Of a DNA stretch of 31,994 nucleotides, positions 23,946 to 31,994 are shown piece by piece. The notes under the pieces are model-generated. The model searched no databases, was not told the origin of the DNA, and saw only the letters and a list, made by a program, of their open reading frames with translations. The translations under genes and the position numbers were made by a program. The stretch's first letter is position 1. The number at the start of each line of letters is the position of its first letter. The DNA comes from a virus (Duplodnaviria; Caudoviricetes): the IMG/VR virus record IMGVR_UViG_3300012665_000778, positions 1-31,994 of that record; one strand, written 5' to 3'.

Positions 23946-26615
23946 ATGAGCTACGTTGACGCATTCTATGATCGCAACGATGACATAATTCGTGTCGTCG
24001 AGCGAGATGACAAAGGGCAGAGGCATTTTAAAGACTATCCTGCCAAACACATTTTTTACTATCAAGACTCTAGAGGAAAATACCAATCCATCAAAGGTGA
24101 ACCTCTTAGTAAAGTAAGTTGTAAAAATATCAAAGAACTTCGCAAAGAACTTGCGATACACTCAAACAAAAAACTTTACGAAAGCGATATCAATCCCATT
24201 TATCGCTGCCTTGAAGATCACTATCTAAACGTTGATGCTCCAAAGCTAAATGTAGCATGGTTTGATATTGAGGTAGACTTTGATCCAGAACGTGGCTATG
24301 CAAGTCCAGAAGATGCATTTATGCCAATCACTGCGATTGCTGTTCACCTACAATGGTTAGATACGTTGGTATGTTTGGCTATTCCGCCTAAGACTATTAA
24401 CATTGTTCAAGCAAAAGAAGCTGTTAAAGATTTTCCTAATACCATGCTTTTCGAAACAGAAGCAGAAATGTTGGATACATTCTTAGACCTTATACAAGAT
24501 GCAGATGTGCTGAGTGGTTGGAACAGTGAAGGCTTTGATATTCCATATACTGTTAATCGTGTTACCAAAGTCCTAAGCAAAGAAGACACACGTAGATTCT
24601 GCTTGTGGAATCAATTCCCTAAGAAGCGAGAATATGAGAAGTATGGTAAGGCTGCTGTTACCTATGACCTTATTGGTCGTGTTCATCTTGACTCCTTAGA
24701 ACTTTATAGAAAATACACTTATGAAGAACGCCACACTTATCGATTAGATGCCATCGGTGAAATGGAAATTGGTGAAAATAAGACTGTGTATGAAGGAACA
24801 TTAGATCAACTTTACAACAATGATTTTCGTAAGTTTATTGAATACAATAGACAGGACTGTGCCTTGTTAGATAAGTTAGATAAAAAATTAAAGTTTTTAG
24901 ATCTTGCTAATAAAATTGCACACGAAAACACAGTGTTGCTACAAACAACTATGGGTGCTGTTGCTGTAACAGAACAAGCTATTATCAACGAAGCACATAG
25001 ACGTGGTATGATTGTTCCTAATCGTAAAAAGATGGAAGAACACGGTGAAACTCAAGCTGCTGGTGCTTATGTTGCTTATCCTAAGAAAGGCATTCATGAG
25101 TGGATTGGCTCATTAGACATTAACTCGCTGTATCCATCTGCGATTCGTGCATTGAATATGGGTCCAGAAACTATTGTTGGACAGTTACGCCAAGACGGAA
25201 CTAAAGATTATATTGCTGGCGAAATGGCCAAAGGCAAATCATTTGCATCTGCTTGGGAAGGTATGTTTGGTAGTGTAGAATATTCAAGCGTAATGAATCG
25301 AGAAGTTGGTAGAGAAATTACCATTGACTGGGAAGGCGGGGGTAGTGACACATTAAGTGGTGCTCAAATCTATGATTTGATTTTTGATAGCAACCAACCC
25401 TGGATGATTTCGGCCAATGGAACTATTTTTACATATGAAACTGAAGGAATTATTCCTGGCCTGTTAGCACGTTGGTATAAAGAACGTAAAGAAATGCAGG
25501 CCAAATTAAAAGAATGTATTCAGGCAGGCAATAAAATTGAAGAAGAATATTGGGACAAGCGTCAGTTAGTCAAGAAGATTAACTTAAACAGTTTGTATGG
25601 TGCTATTCTTAACCCCGGGTGTAGATTCTTTGATAACAGAATCGGACAGTCCACAACTCTTACTGGTAGACAAGTTGCCAAACACATGGCAAGTAAAGTA
25701 AACGAAATTATAACCGGAGAGTATGATCACGTAGGTAAAGCGGTCATATACGGTGATACAGACTCTTGTTACTTCTCTGCGTATGCTACGCTAAAGAAGG
25801 ACATTGAGAAAGGAACACTTCCCTGGACTAGGGAAAGTGTAATTGAGCTTTATGACACCATAGGAGAAGAAGTAAATGGAACCTTTATTAAATTCATGTC
25901 CGATTCCTTCCACGTCCCAAAGACACGTGGAGAAGTTATCAAGGCAGGACGAGAAATTGTCGCATCAAAAGGTTTGTTCATTACTAAGAAGAGATATGCC
26001 GTCCTCTACTACGACAAAGAAGGCAAGCGAGCAGACGGTGACGGCAAGCCAGGCAAGATTAAAGCCATGGGGCTCGACCTCAAGCGTTCAGATACCCCGG
26101 TTGTTATCCAGGACTTCTTAAGTGAAGTTCTTACTCGAGTGTTAACTGGACACCCTAAAGAAGAAATTCTAGAATATATTACTAACTTTAGGACTGATTT
26201 TAAAACTCGACCGGGCTGGGAGAAAGGTTCGCCTAAACGTGCCAACAAGATTTCAGAGTATCGCGACAAAGAAAAGAAAGCAGGTAAGACTAACATGCCC
26301 GGACATGTTCGAGCAAGTCTTAACTGGAATACTTTGAAGCGTATGATGGATGACAAGTATTCAATGACCATTGTTGATGGTGCCAAAGTTATTGTTTGTA
26401 AGCTCAAAGACAATCCTATGGCATATACATCCGTGGCATACCCTGTGGACGAGCTACGATTGCCTCAGTGGTTTAAAGACCTTCCATTCGATGACGGAGA
26501 AATGGAAACTACTGTCATTGATGAAAAGTTAGAAAACTTGATTGGTGTTTTGGAATGGGACATCAGTTCAACTCGTAGTGATAATACATTTGCAAAATTG
26601 TTTGATTTTGAGTGA
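23946..26615 (+). CDS. Family B DNA polymerase with 3'-5' exonuclease
   Basis: FDIEV, WNSEGFDIPY, YNRQD (Exo I-III); SLDINSLYPS, KINLNSLYG, YGDTDS, KKRYA. C-terminal KLFDFE resembles a clamp-binding tail. Confidence 0.96.
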   Translation: MSYVDAFYDRNDDIIRVVERDDKGQRHFKDYPAKHIFYYQDSRGKYQSIKGEPLSKVSCKNIKELRKELAIHSNKKLYESDINPIYRCLEDHYLNVDAPKLNVAWFDIEVDFDPERGYASPEDAFMPITAIAVHLQWLDTLVCLAIPPKTINIVQAKEAVKDFPNTMLFETEAEMLDTFLDLIQDADVLSGWNSEGFDIPYTVNRVTKVLSKEDTRRFCLWNQFPKKREYEKYGKAAVTYDLIGRVHLDSLELYRKYTYEERHTYRLDAIGEMEIGENKTVYEGTLDQLYNNDFRKFIEYNRQDCALLDKLDKKLKFLDLANKIAHENTVLLQTTMGAVAVTEQAIINEAHRRGMIVPNRKKMEEHGETQAAGAYVAYPKKGIHEWIGSLDINSLYPSAIRALNMGPETIVGQLRQDGTKDYIAGEMAKGKSFASAWEGMFGSVEYSSVMNREVGREITIDWEGGGSDTLSGAQIYDLIFDSNQPWMISANGTIFTYETEGIIPGLLARWYKERKEMQAKLKECIQAGNKIEEEYWDKRQLVKKINLNSLYGAILNPGCRFFDNRIGQSTTLTGRQVAKHMASKVNEIITGEYDHVGKAVIYGDTDSCYFSAYATLKKDIEKGTLPWTRESVIELYDTIGEEVNGTFIKFMSDSFHVPKTRGEVIKAGREIVASKGLFITKKRYAVLYYDKEGKRADGDGKPGKIKAMGLDLKRSDTPVVIQDFLSEVLTRVLTGHPKEEILEYITNFRTDFKTRPGWEKGSPKRANKISEYRDKEKKAGKTNMPGHVRASLNWNTLKRMMDDKYSMTIVDGAKVIVCKLKDNPMAYTSVAYPVDELRLPQWFKDLPFDDGEMETTVIDEKLENLIGVLEWDISSTRSDNTFAKLFDFE

Positions 26616-26623
26616 TTTAGCCC

Positions 26624-26652
26624 TTGCTTTTTCTCACAGATCTAAATATAAT
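26624..26652 (+). promoter_or_regulatory. Overlapping sigma70-like and late-type promoters
   Basis: TTGCTT(26624-29)-17 bp-TATAAT(26647-52), with TAAATA at 26643-48. Confidence 0.55.
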
Positions 26653-26675
26653 CTTAATATAACCGGAGAATCTTT

Positions 26676-27413
26676 ATGAAAGATATTTTACAAGACATCG
26701 TAAGTCATACACAAAACCTAGGCTTCTTAACCACAGTTAAAGTCACAGGCACAGAAGAAAAGACAACTATTAACTCAATGGCAGACGACCGTTCAGTTAT
26801 TATGGAAGCAGAAACTGCCAATCCTTACCCAGACATGTTAGGTGTGTTTGGTATGCCGCAACTACAAAAACTCAAATATCTATTAGACGGTAGCGAGTAT
26901 AAAGAAGATGCAAAGATCAATATTACTACCGCAGAACGCAACGGTGAGCCGGTTCCTGTTGGTATTCACTTTGAAAATAAAGATGGTGACTTTAAAAACG
27001 ACTATCGTTTTATGAACACAGAAATCATCAACGAAAAGATGAAGACTGTTAAGTTCCGCGGTGTTAAGTGGGATGTAGAAATTGAGCCAACTGTATCTGC
27101 CGTTCAGCGTTTTAATTTCCAAGCAGGTGCTAACAATGAGCACCCAACATTCTTAGCCAAAACTGAAGGCGGTAACTTAAAATTTATCTTTGGTGATGCT
27201 TCAACCCACGGTGGCGAGTTTGTATTTGCACAGAACGTTGCAGGTAAACTAGATCGCGGTTGGACTTGGCCAGTGCTGCCAATCTTGAGCATTCTTAAGA
27301 TTGCAGATGTAAACAACACAAAGATGTCGTTGTCAAACGAAGGTGCTATCCAGATTACTCTAGACAGCGGACTTGCTACTTACAAATATATTATTCCAGC
27401 ACAAGCTGCCTAA
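26676..27413 (+). CDS. Probable DNA sliding clamp (gp45/PCNA-like)
   Basis: 245 aa, directly after polB, clamp loader present in the window. Ends in beta strands ...YKYIIPA, as in PCNA/gp45. Confidence 0.6.
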   Translation: MKDILQDIVSHTQNLGFLTTVKVTGTEEKTTINSMADDRSVIMEAETANPYPDMLGVFGMPQLQKLKYLLDGSEYKEDAKINITTAERNGEPVPVGIHFENKDGDFKNDYRFMNTEIINEKMKTVKFRGVKWDVEIEPTVSAVQRFNFQAGANNEHPTFLAKTEGGNLKFIFGDASTHGGEFVFAQNVAGKLDRGWTWPVLPILSILKIADVNNTKMSLSNEGAIQITLDSGLATYKYIIPAQAA

Positions 27414-27415
27414 AT

Positions 27416-27787
27416 ATGATTAAAGGACTTACGCAATCTGGCCGTTATATAACAGTTACTAATGGTAATGCTAGCACCTATGTGAACAGTTACGGCGGGG
27501 CACAAGGTGTTGGCAATATGCGATATAACACTTCTAGTCAATGTATGGAAGTGTTTGACGGCAGCACTTGGGTTATGCTCAATATGTCTCATGCTAGTGT
27601 TGGCTTATCTGGCGAAGCTGAAACATTACTCGATTGGGCTAGACAGAAGCGTGACGAAGAAATGATGTGGCAGAGCTTGGCAAGTGAGAATAAGGCTGTT
27701 AAAATAGCATTAGACAATTTAGAACAGGCAAGACAACAATTAGACATTACAGCAAAATTAGCGAGAGAATATGAAACAACCAGTTAA
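27416..27787 (+). CDS. Hypothetical protein
   Basis: GNMRYNTSSQCMEVFDGSTW beta motif followed by a helical C-terminus. Confidence 0.65.
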   Translation: MIKGLTQSGRYITVTNGNASTYVNSYGGAQGVGNMRYNTSSQCMEVFDGSTWVMLNMSHASVGLSGEAETLLDWARQKRDEEMMWQSLASENKAVKIALDNLEQARQQLDITAKLAREYETTS

Positions 27788-29405
27788 CTTAACACCATTA
27801 CAAAAAGACTATGCAGTATATCTTCCTGCTATTAGTTCTTTCTATTCGACGTATGTTGCAAAACAACGTCTAGAAGAATTTGTTCCTAACGAACGAATTC
27901 CTCAAGGATTTGATCGTGGCATTGAAGGCATGAACTTTTTAAACCCAGAACAAGGCTATTTTACCTACAAGTATGCTTTGTATTCTGCAGGTCACGCACA
28001 ACTTGATTTAGAAAAATCAATGGATCAAGAGTCAATGATCCAGCAACGTGATCGTGGTAACACAATGATTTTAGGTGATTCCGGTGGATATCAAATTGGT
28101 AAAGGTGTTTTAAAGTTTGATTGGTTAAACTTTGAAGGTCCAGAAGCTACTAAGACTCGTCAAAAAATTCTTGAGTGGTTAGAGTTAACTGCCGATTGGT
28201 CTATGATGTTAGACGTGCCTACCTGGGCATGTGATCATATTCATAGTCCAAAGACTGGGTTAAAGACATTTGAAGACTGTTTAGAAAAGACTCGTTATAA
28301 CAATGACTATTTCTTAATGAATCGCTTAGGTCAGACTAAATGGCTTAATGTGTTACAAGGCGGTGACTGGGATACTGCTGAGAAATGGTATCGTGGTGTT
28401 GTAGAGTTCAGCGATCCTAAAGGCAAGTATGCTGGCAAGGAAGCAGAAGGTTGGGCATTTGGTGGTGCTAATATGTGTAAGATGGATATCACGCTCAAGC
28501 GTCTAATGACAATGCGTGATGAAGGTATGCTTACAGGTAAGAACTGGATTCACTTCTTGGGCACCGCACAGTTAGACTGGAGTTGTTACTTAACACAGAT
28601 TCAAAGACAAATCCGTAAGCATATTAATCCAGAGCTTACAATTAGTTTTGACTGTGCAAGCCCGTTCATTGCTACTGCTCACGGTCTTGTTTATACAAAT
28701 GCACAACATACCAACAAGCGTTGGTCAGTTATTATGGACAAGGCTCCGGATAATAAATCTTTATCAGGTCGTTACGACATTCCGTTTCCTTTTGAAAGCG
28801 AAATGTCTTCTAGAATGACCATGGGCGATATTGCATATTATAATCACGGTGTTCGTAAAACAGATGCAGAACTTGGTAACGTTAAATTTAATCATTTAAA
28901 TCCAGAACACTATCACGAAGTTCCAAGACTTAACAAGCTAGGTAAGATTCCAAATAAAACTAGTTGGGATAGTTTCAGTTATGCACTAATGATGGGTCAT
29001 AATGTTGAATGTCATATTAAAGCAGTTCAACGTGCTCAACAATTAATGGACATTGAGTGTGCTAGATTTAAACCAGACTGGCGCATCAAAGGTGTTGAAG
29101 GCAAGAAAGAAATCGAATACAGTGATTGGGTTCCAAACAAAGTATTGTATTTTTCTTCTTTCATCGAAGAGTTGTTTAATACAACATCCAAAGCAGAAGC
29201 ATTTGCCATGATTGATTCAGCAAAGCAATTTTTAAAGAGTCTCGAAGGTGCTCGACTACAAGGCGGACCTGCTGATAACGAATTTAACAAGTTATTCACA
29301 GTTGAAGATTCGAGTTCAGTAAGAGTTGGTCCAGACGGACTTCCGTTGTTTGATCAACAAGACGACGATGATTTACGTGCATTGGAAGAAAGTATAGACG
29401 TGTAA
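27771..29405 (+). CDS. tRNA-guanine transglycosylase-fold protein, probable DpdA-like DNA 7-deazaguanine inserting enzyme
   Basis: ILGDSGGYQ, MMLDVP, NVLQG, GWAFGG, IHFLG and ISFDCASP occur in TGT order. Confidence 0.7.
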   Translation: MKQPVNLTPLQKDYAVYLPAISSFYSTYVAKQRLEEFVPNERIPQGFDRGIEGMNFLNPEQGYFTYKYALYSAGHAQLDLEKSMDQESMIQQRDRGNTMILGDSGGYQIGKGVLKFDWLNFEGPEATKTRQKILEWLELTADWSMMLDVPTWACDHIHSPKTGLKTFEDCLEKTRYNNDYFLMNRLGQTKWLNVLQGGDWDTAEKWYRGVVEFSDPKGKYAGKEAEGWAFGGANMCKMDITLKRLMTMRDEGMLTGKNWIHFLGTAQLDWSCYLTQIQRQIRKHINPELTISFDCASPFIATAHGLVYTNAQHTNKRWSVIMDKAPDNKSLSGRYDIPFPFESEMSSRMTMGDIAYYNHGVRKTDAELGNVKFNHLNPEHYHEVPRLNKLGKIPNKTSWDSFSYALMMGHNVECHIKAVQRAQQLMDIECARFKPDWRIKGVEGKKEIEYSDWVPNKVLYFSSFIEELFNTTSKAEAFAMIDSAKQFLKSLEGARLQGGPADNEFNKLFTVEDSSSVRVGPDGLPLFDQQDDDDLRALEESIDV

Positions 29406-29417
29406 AGGAATTGGATT

Positions 29418-29600
29418 ATGTATGAGAATAGAATCAAACATTTGGAAGAAGCACATCGTGCTTTGGACAAACAAGTTGACAATTTGGAAAAGAACGGGTT
29501 ATTTGAAGATCTAAAACTAGAAGAATTGAAGAAGCAACGGTTGTTCTTAAAGGACGAAATTGCTATACTTAAACATAAACAAGAACATCACAAACAGTAA
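29418..29600 (+). CDS. DUF465/YdcH-like small coiled-coil protein
   Basis: HRALDKQV...LKKQRLFLKDEI pattern. Confidence 0.7.
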   Translation: MYENRIKHLEEAHRALDKQVDNLEKNGLFEDLKLEELKKQRLFLKDEIAILKHKQEHHKQ

Positions 29601-29601
29601 A

Positions 29602-30018
29602 ATGACCGATCAAGACTACGAAGTATTTTCTAAACGAATGGAAGAAAAGTTTCCAGAAATGTTCTCTGGAAAATACGGTGGCTTTGCTGTGAGTCCAGGT
29701 TGGTGGCCTATGCTTGAAACACTGTGCGGTGTTATCCAATCACATATTAATCAAAGCAAAGGCAATTGTTCACAGGTAGTAGTAGAACAAATCAAAGAAA
29801 AGTTTGGTAGTCTACGTTTTTACTATCAAGGCGGTGACGATTTCATCAGCGGTGCTGTAAGTTTTGCAGAAAGCCTAAGTAGTGGATCGTGTGAAGAATG
29901 TGGCGCACCTGGTAAGAAAACTAGTGGCGGTTGGATTAAAACTCTCTGCAGTTTTCATATTGCAGAACGTGAAGCTCTTAGAGCAGAGGAAATGCGCAAA
30001 AGTGGATTCGAAGAATAA
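29602..30018 (+). CDS. Hypothetical phage protein with a zinc-binding C-terminus
   Basis: ATG 29602; GWWPML, QIKEKFGSLRFY, CEECG...LCxxH. Confidence 0.7.
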   Translation: MTDQDYEVFSKRMEEKFPEMFSGKYGGFAVSPGWWPMLETLCGVIQSHINQSKGNCSQVVVEQIKEKFGSLRFYYQGGDDFISGAVSFAESLSSGSCEECGAPGKKTSGGWIKTLCSFHIAEREALRAEEMRKSGFEE

Positions 30019-30178
30019 ATGTAATTTTTGCGGCGAAGAAGTAAAGCCAAATTGCGATTGGAAACAAGGTCGTTGTCCTTACCGATCTGCAATGATCGAC
30101 GATATTTTGCTTGACAATTATAAAGCAAGATATTATAATCTAATTAAATCAATTCAAAACCTTTTTACAAGGAAGTAA
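30002..30178 (+). CDS. Small Cys-rich hypothetical protein
   Basis: Probable GTG start at 30002 after GAGGA; CNFCG...CDWKQGRCP. Confidence 0.5.
   Translation: MDSKNKCNFCGEEVKPNCDWKQGRCPYRSAMIDDILLDNYKARYYNLIKSIQNLFTRK
30111..30139 (+). promoter_or_regulatory. Perfect-consensus sigma70 promoter inside the ORF, upstream of 30181
   Basis: TTGACA(30111-16)-17 bp-TATAAT(30134-39). Confidence 0.8.
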
Positions 30179-30180
30179 TC

Positions 30181-31455
30181 ATGGCAACTGCTAATCCTAA
30201 AGCTTCTTGGCCCTTTGCGCCAGGGGAAGCACCCGCACCAACTACTGATGAATTAGAAGCGCAGAAAGTAGCAGAACAGCAAAAACTTATTGAAGTTCTA
30301 AAGTTTACACCACGCACATATAAAATTAGTATGTGGGGTTACGGTGGCGAACGAGTTATGGGCACAGTAGACAAAAAGATTTGGGACTATTGTAATAAAA
30401 ATCAAGTTGATCTACAAGACATTGCATGGGGCGACGAAGATCGTGTAGAAGAAATGGGGCTCGACATAGATATGTTGCCATTTCCTCCAGGTTCGTGGTA
30501 TGAGTGCGATGACATAGGACACATTAACGGTGTAAGTCGCAATGCCGGCACACTTCAAATTGAAGATGAAAACGGCAACACCATATTTGAAAAATCCTTT
30601 GATGATATCACAGGTGGTGGCTGCGATGGTGAACCAGATTGGTGCTGCGATGACGAAGTATGGATTGGTTCACGTAAAAAAGGTGAAGTAGTGTTTGTTG
30701 GTTCTAGTAATGAAAAAGGCACTTTCTTTGAAGGCGAAATTGAGCTTCGTGCGCCATTTGATATTACTAAGTTAGAACTACACTATGATGAGTTCGACGG
30801 CGAAGACATTATTACCAGCGTAATCTACGATGGCGAAGATATTGACAACTGGGGCGGCAGCACTGATGGTAAGAGCAGTGATATGAATATGGTTCTGGTT
30901 ACAGACGACAGCGGAAGTTTTGAACGCTATGCACCGGAAGAAAAAGATTGGGGTCATCCTCCAAGTGGTCCAAGTCCAAGTGAGTGGGAAAAGTCACCCA
31001 ATTTTAAATTTGCAAAAGTCAAACCTACTGTAGAAGGTTGGTATAATGCTGTATGGCGTAGTTTTGGCACCACCTATGGAACACTGTATTGGAACGGTAA
31101 AGAGTTTGGTGAGTGGGAATACGGTCAATTTAAACCGCAATCAGGAGTTGAGACGTGGCAAGGTTACAACTGGGACACAAGTTCGTGGGTTAATCAGCCG
31201 CCTGAGCCGGTAGATGTTATTTGTGATAACAAAGAATGTGGTTGGGTAGGTAAAGGTTCAGATCGCATAACAGACGACGACTACAACGATCACTGTCCAG
31301 AATGTGAAGGCACAGAGTTTAGTTGGATTGATTACGATCCGGATACCAAAGAGGGCCGTGCTAATCGCAAGAAGTATTGTAAAGAATGGGATCCTGCAGA
31401 AGCAATGGATCGAATTGTAGCAGCTTTTCCTGTAACAGAATCAAATAAAGAATAA
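30181..31455 (+). CDS. Acidic Trp-rich hypothetical protein with a C-terminal zinc ribbon
   Basis: 424 aa; CDNKEC...CPEC near the C-terminus. Confidence 0.7.
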   Translation: MATANPKASWPFAPGEAPAPTTDELEAQKVAEQQKLIEVLKFTPRTYKISMWGYGGERVMGTVDKKIWDYCNKNQVDLQDIAWGDEDRVEEMGLDIDMLPFPPGSWYECDDIGHINGVSRNAGTLQIEDENGNTIFEKSFDDITGGGCDGEPDWCCDDEVWIGSRKKGEVVFVGSSNEKGTFFEGEIELRAPFDITKLELHYDEFDGEDIITSVIYDGEDIDNWGGSTDGKSSDMNMVLVTDDSGSFERYAPEEKDWGHPPSGPSPSEWEKSPNFKFAKVKPTVEGWYNAVWRSFGTTYGTLYWNGKEFGEWEYGQFKPQSGVETWQGYNWDTSSWVNQPPEPVDVICDNKECGWVGKGSDRITDDDYNDHCPECEGTEFSWIDYDPDTKEGRANRKKYCKEWDPAEAMDRIVAAFPVTESNKE

Positions 31456-31456
31456 T

Positions 31457-31994
31457 ATGAAACGTAATTATACCTCCGGTGTTGCAAACAACATCACATT
31501 TTTTACAGGTGTTGAAATCGAAAAAACTCCTGCGTATGGAATGAAAACTCTGTTTGTTGTAGGCGCACCCGATCCTCAAATAGTATTGCATATTGCCAAC
31601 GACACTCAAGCGTTGCTCGACGAGAGTAAACGTATCAAACATATCTATTTTGGTGCTAATCAAAGTTTTCCTAAACTTGAAACTAATGATGCAGAGGGTT
31701 GGCAACCTTGGGAATATATGATCCAAGAATGTCTCGATGCAGGATATTGGTGCACTCTTGATTTTGATGTCAGTGTAGTAGAAGGTGTTCTTGAAAGTGC
31801 TCTTGTAGAACATCGTCAGTTTATTCCGCAGATTTCGGTAAAACTGCCCTACTTGACACAACTAGGATATAATGCTACAATTAAGCTAGACGACAAAGAT
31901 TTTGCAGCAACTAATCATGGGGTTTGGTGTCATAACCTTCATGACCTACTTGGTAGAGATAAGTTTACCAGTTGGGATCAATATGGCAAAGACG
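31457..31994 (+). CDS. 3'-truncated hypothetical phage protein (MKRNYTSGVANNITFFTGVEIEKTPAYGMKTLFVVG...)
   Basis: The frame is open from ATG 31457 to the window end. It is absent from the ORF track because it has no stop. Confidence 0.75.
   Translation, partial: MKRNYTSGVANNITFFTGVEIEKTPAYGMKTLFVVGAPDPQIVLHIANDTQALLDESKRIKHIYFGANQSFPKLETNDAEGWQPWEYMIQECLDAGYWCTLDFDVSVVEGVLESALVEHRQFIPQISVKLPYLTQLGYNATIKLDDKDFAATNHGVWCHNLHDLLGRDKFTSWDQYGKD
31853..31881 (+). promoter_or_regulatory. sigma70-type promoter inside the ORF, for downstream genes
   Basis: TTGACA(31853-58)-17 bp-TACAAT(31876-81), with an extended -10 TG. Confidence 0.6.

Noticed and set aside
284-29299. Many 60-140 aa antisense or alternate-frame ORFs in the track (e.g. 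581-838, 7430-7768, 16000-16320, 17650-18066, 22656-23030, 26009-26413)
   Set aside because: They overlap well-supported genes largely or entirely and have no recognisable motifs or ribosome-binding sites.
31361-31861. 166-aa minus-strand ORF in the track
   Set aside because: It is the shadow of the + strand gene starting at 31457, which runs off the window and follows the local gene orientation.
1-31994. tRNA, rRNA, CRISPR array, integrase/transposase, or alternative genetic code
   Set aside because: Intergenic gaps are short and show no cloverleaf or repeat-spacer pattern. No recombinase motifs were seen, and the genes read intact under the standard code.

Overview
A 32-kb, AT-rich, densely coding segment of a large tailed dsDNA phage with T4-like/jumbo-phage features. 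The host is probably Gram-negative, judging from the two-component spanins. Nearly all genes are on the + strand; phoH is the exception. In order: virion/baseplate-type genes; a stand-alone DnaE (Pol III alpha) fragment; GroES; MazG-like, TagD-like, clamp-loader, dCMP deaminase and PhoH genes; a lysis cassette (GH19 endolysin, spanins, membrane proteins, holin); a DnaJ-peptide deformylase-ClpA operon; a ~5.5-kb array of charged proteins; family B DNA polymerase and a probable sliding clamp; and a TGT/DpdA-like transglycosylase. Two promoter classes are visible: consensus sigma70 promoters (several inside ORFs or inside terminators) and a T4-late-like TAAATA motif. The most notable observations are: (i) the array genes share an N-terminal motif resembling the T4 capsid-targeting sequence and carry enzyme cargo, (ii) an RBS-sequestering hairpin gates that array, (iii) the DnaE piece has its own promoter but lacks the catalytic motif, (iv) twin hairpins with near-identical loops sit before polB, and (v) terminators double as promoters. 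All functional calls come from motif recognition by eye; no searches were run.
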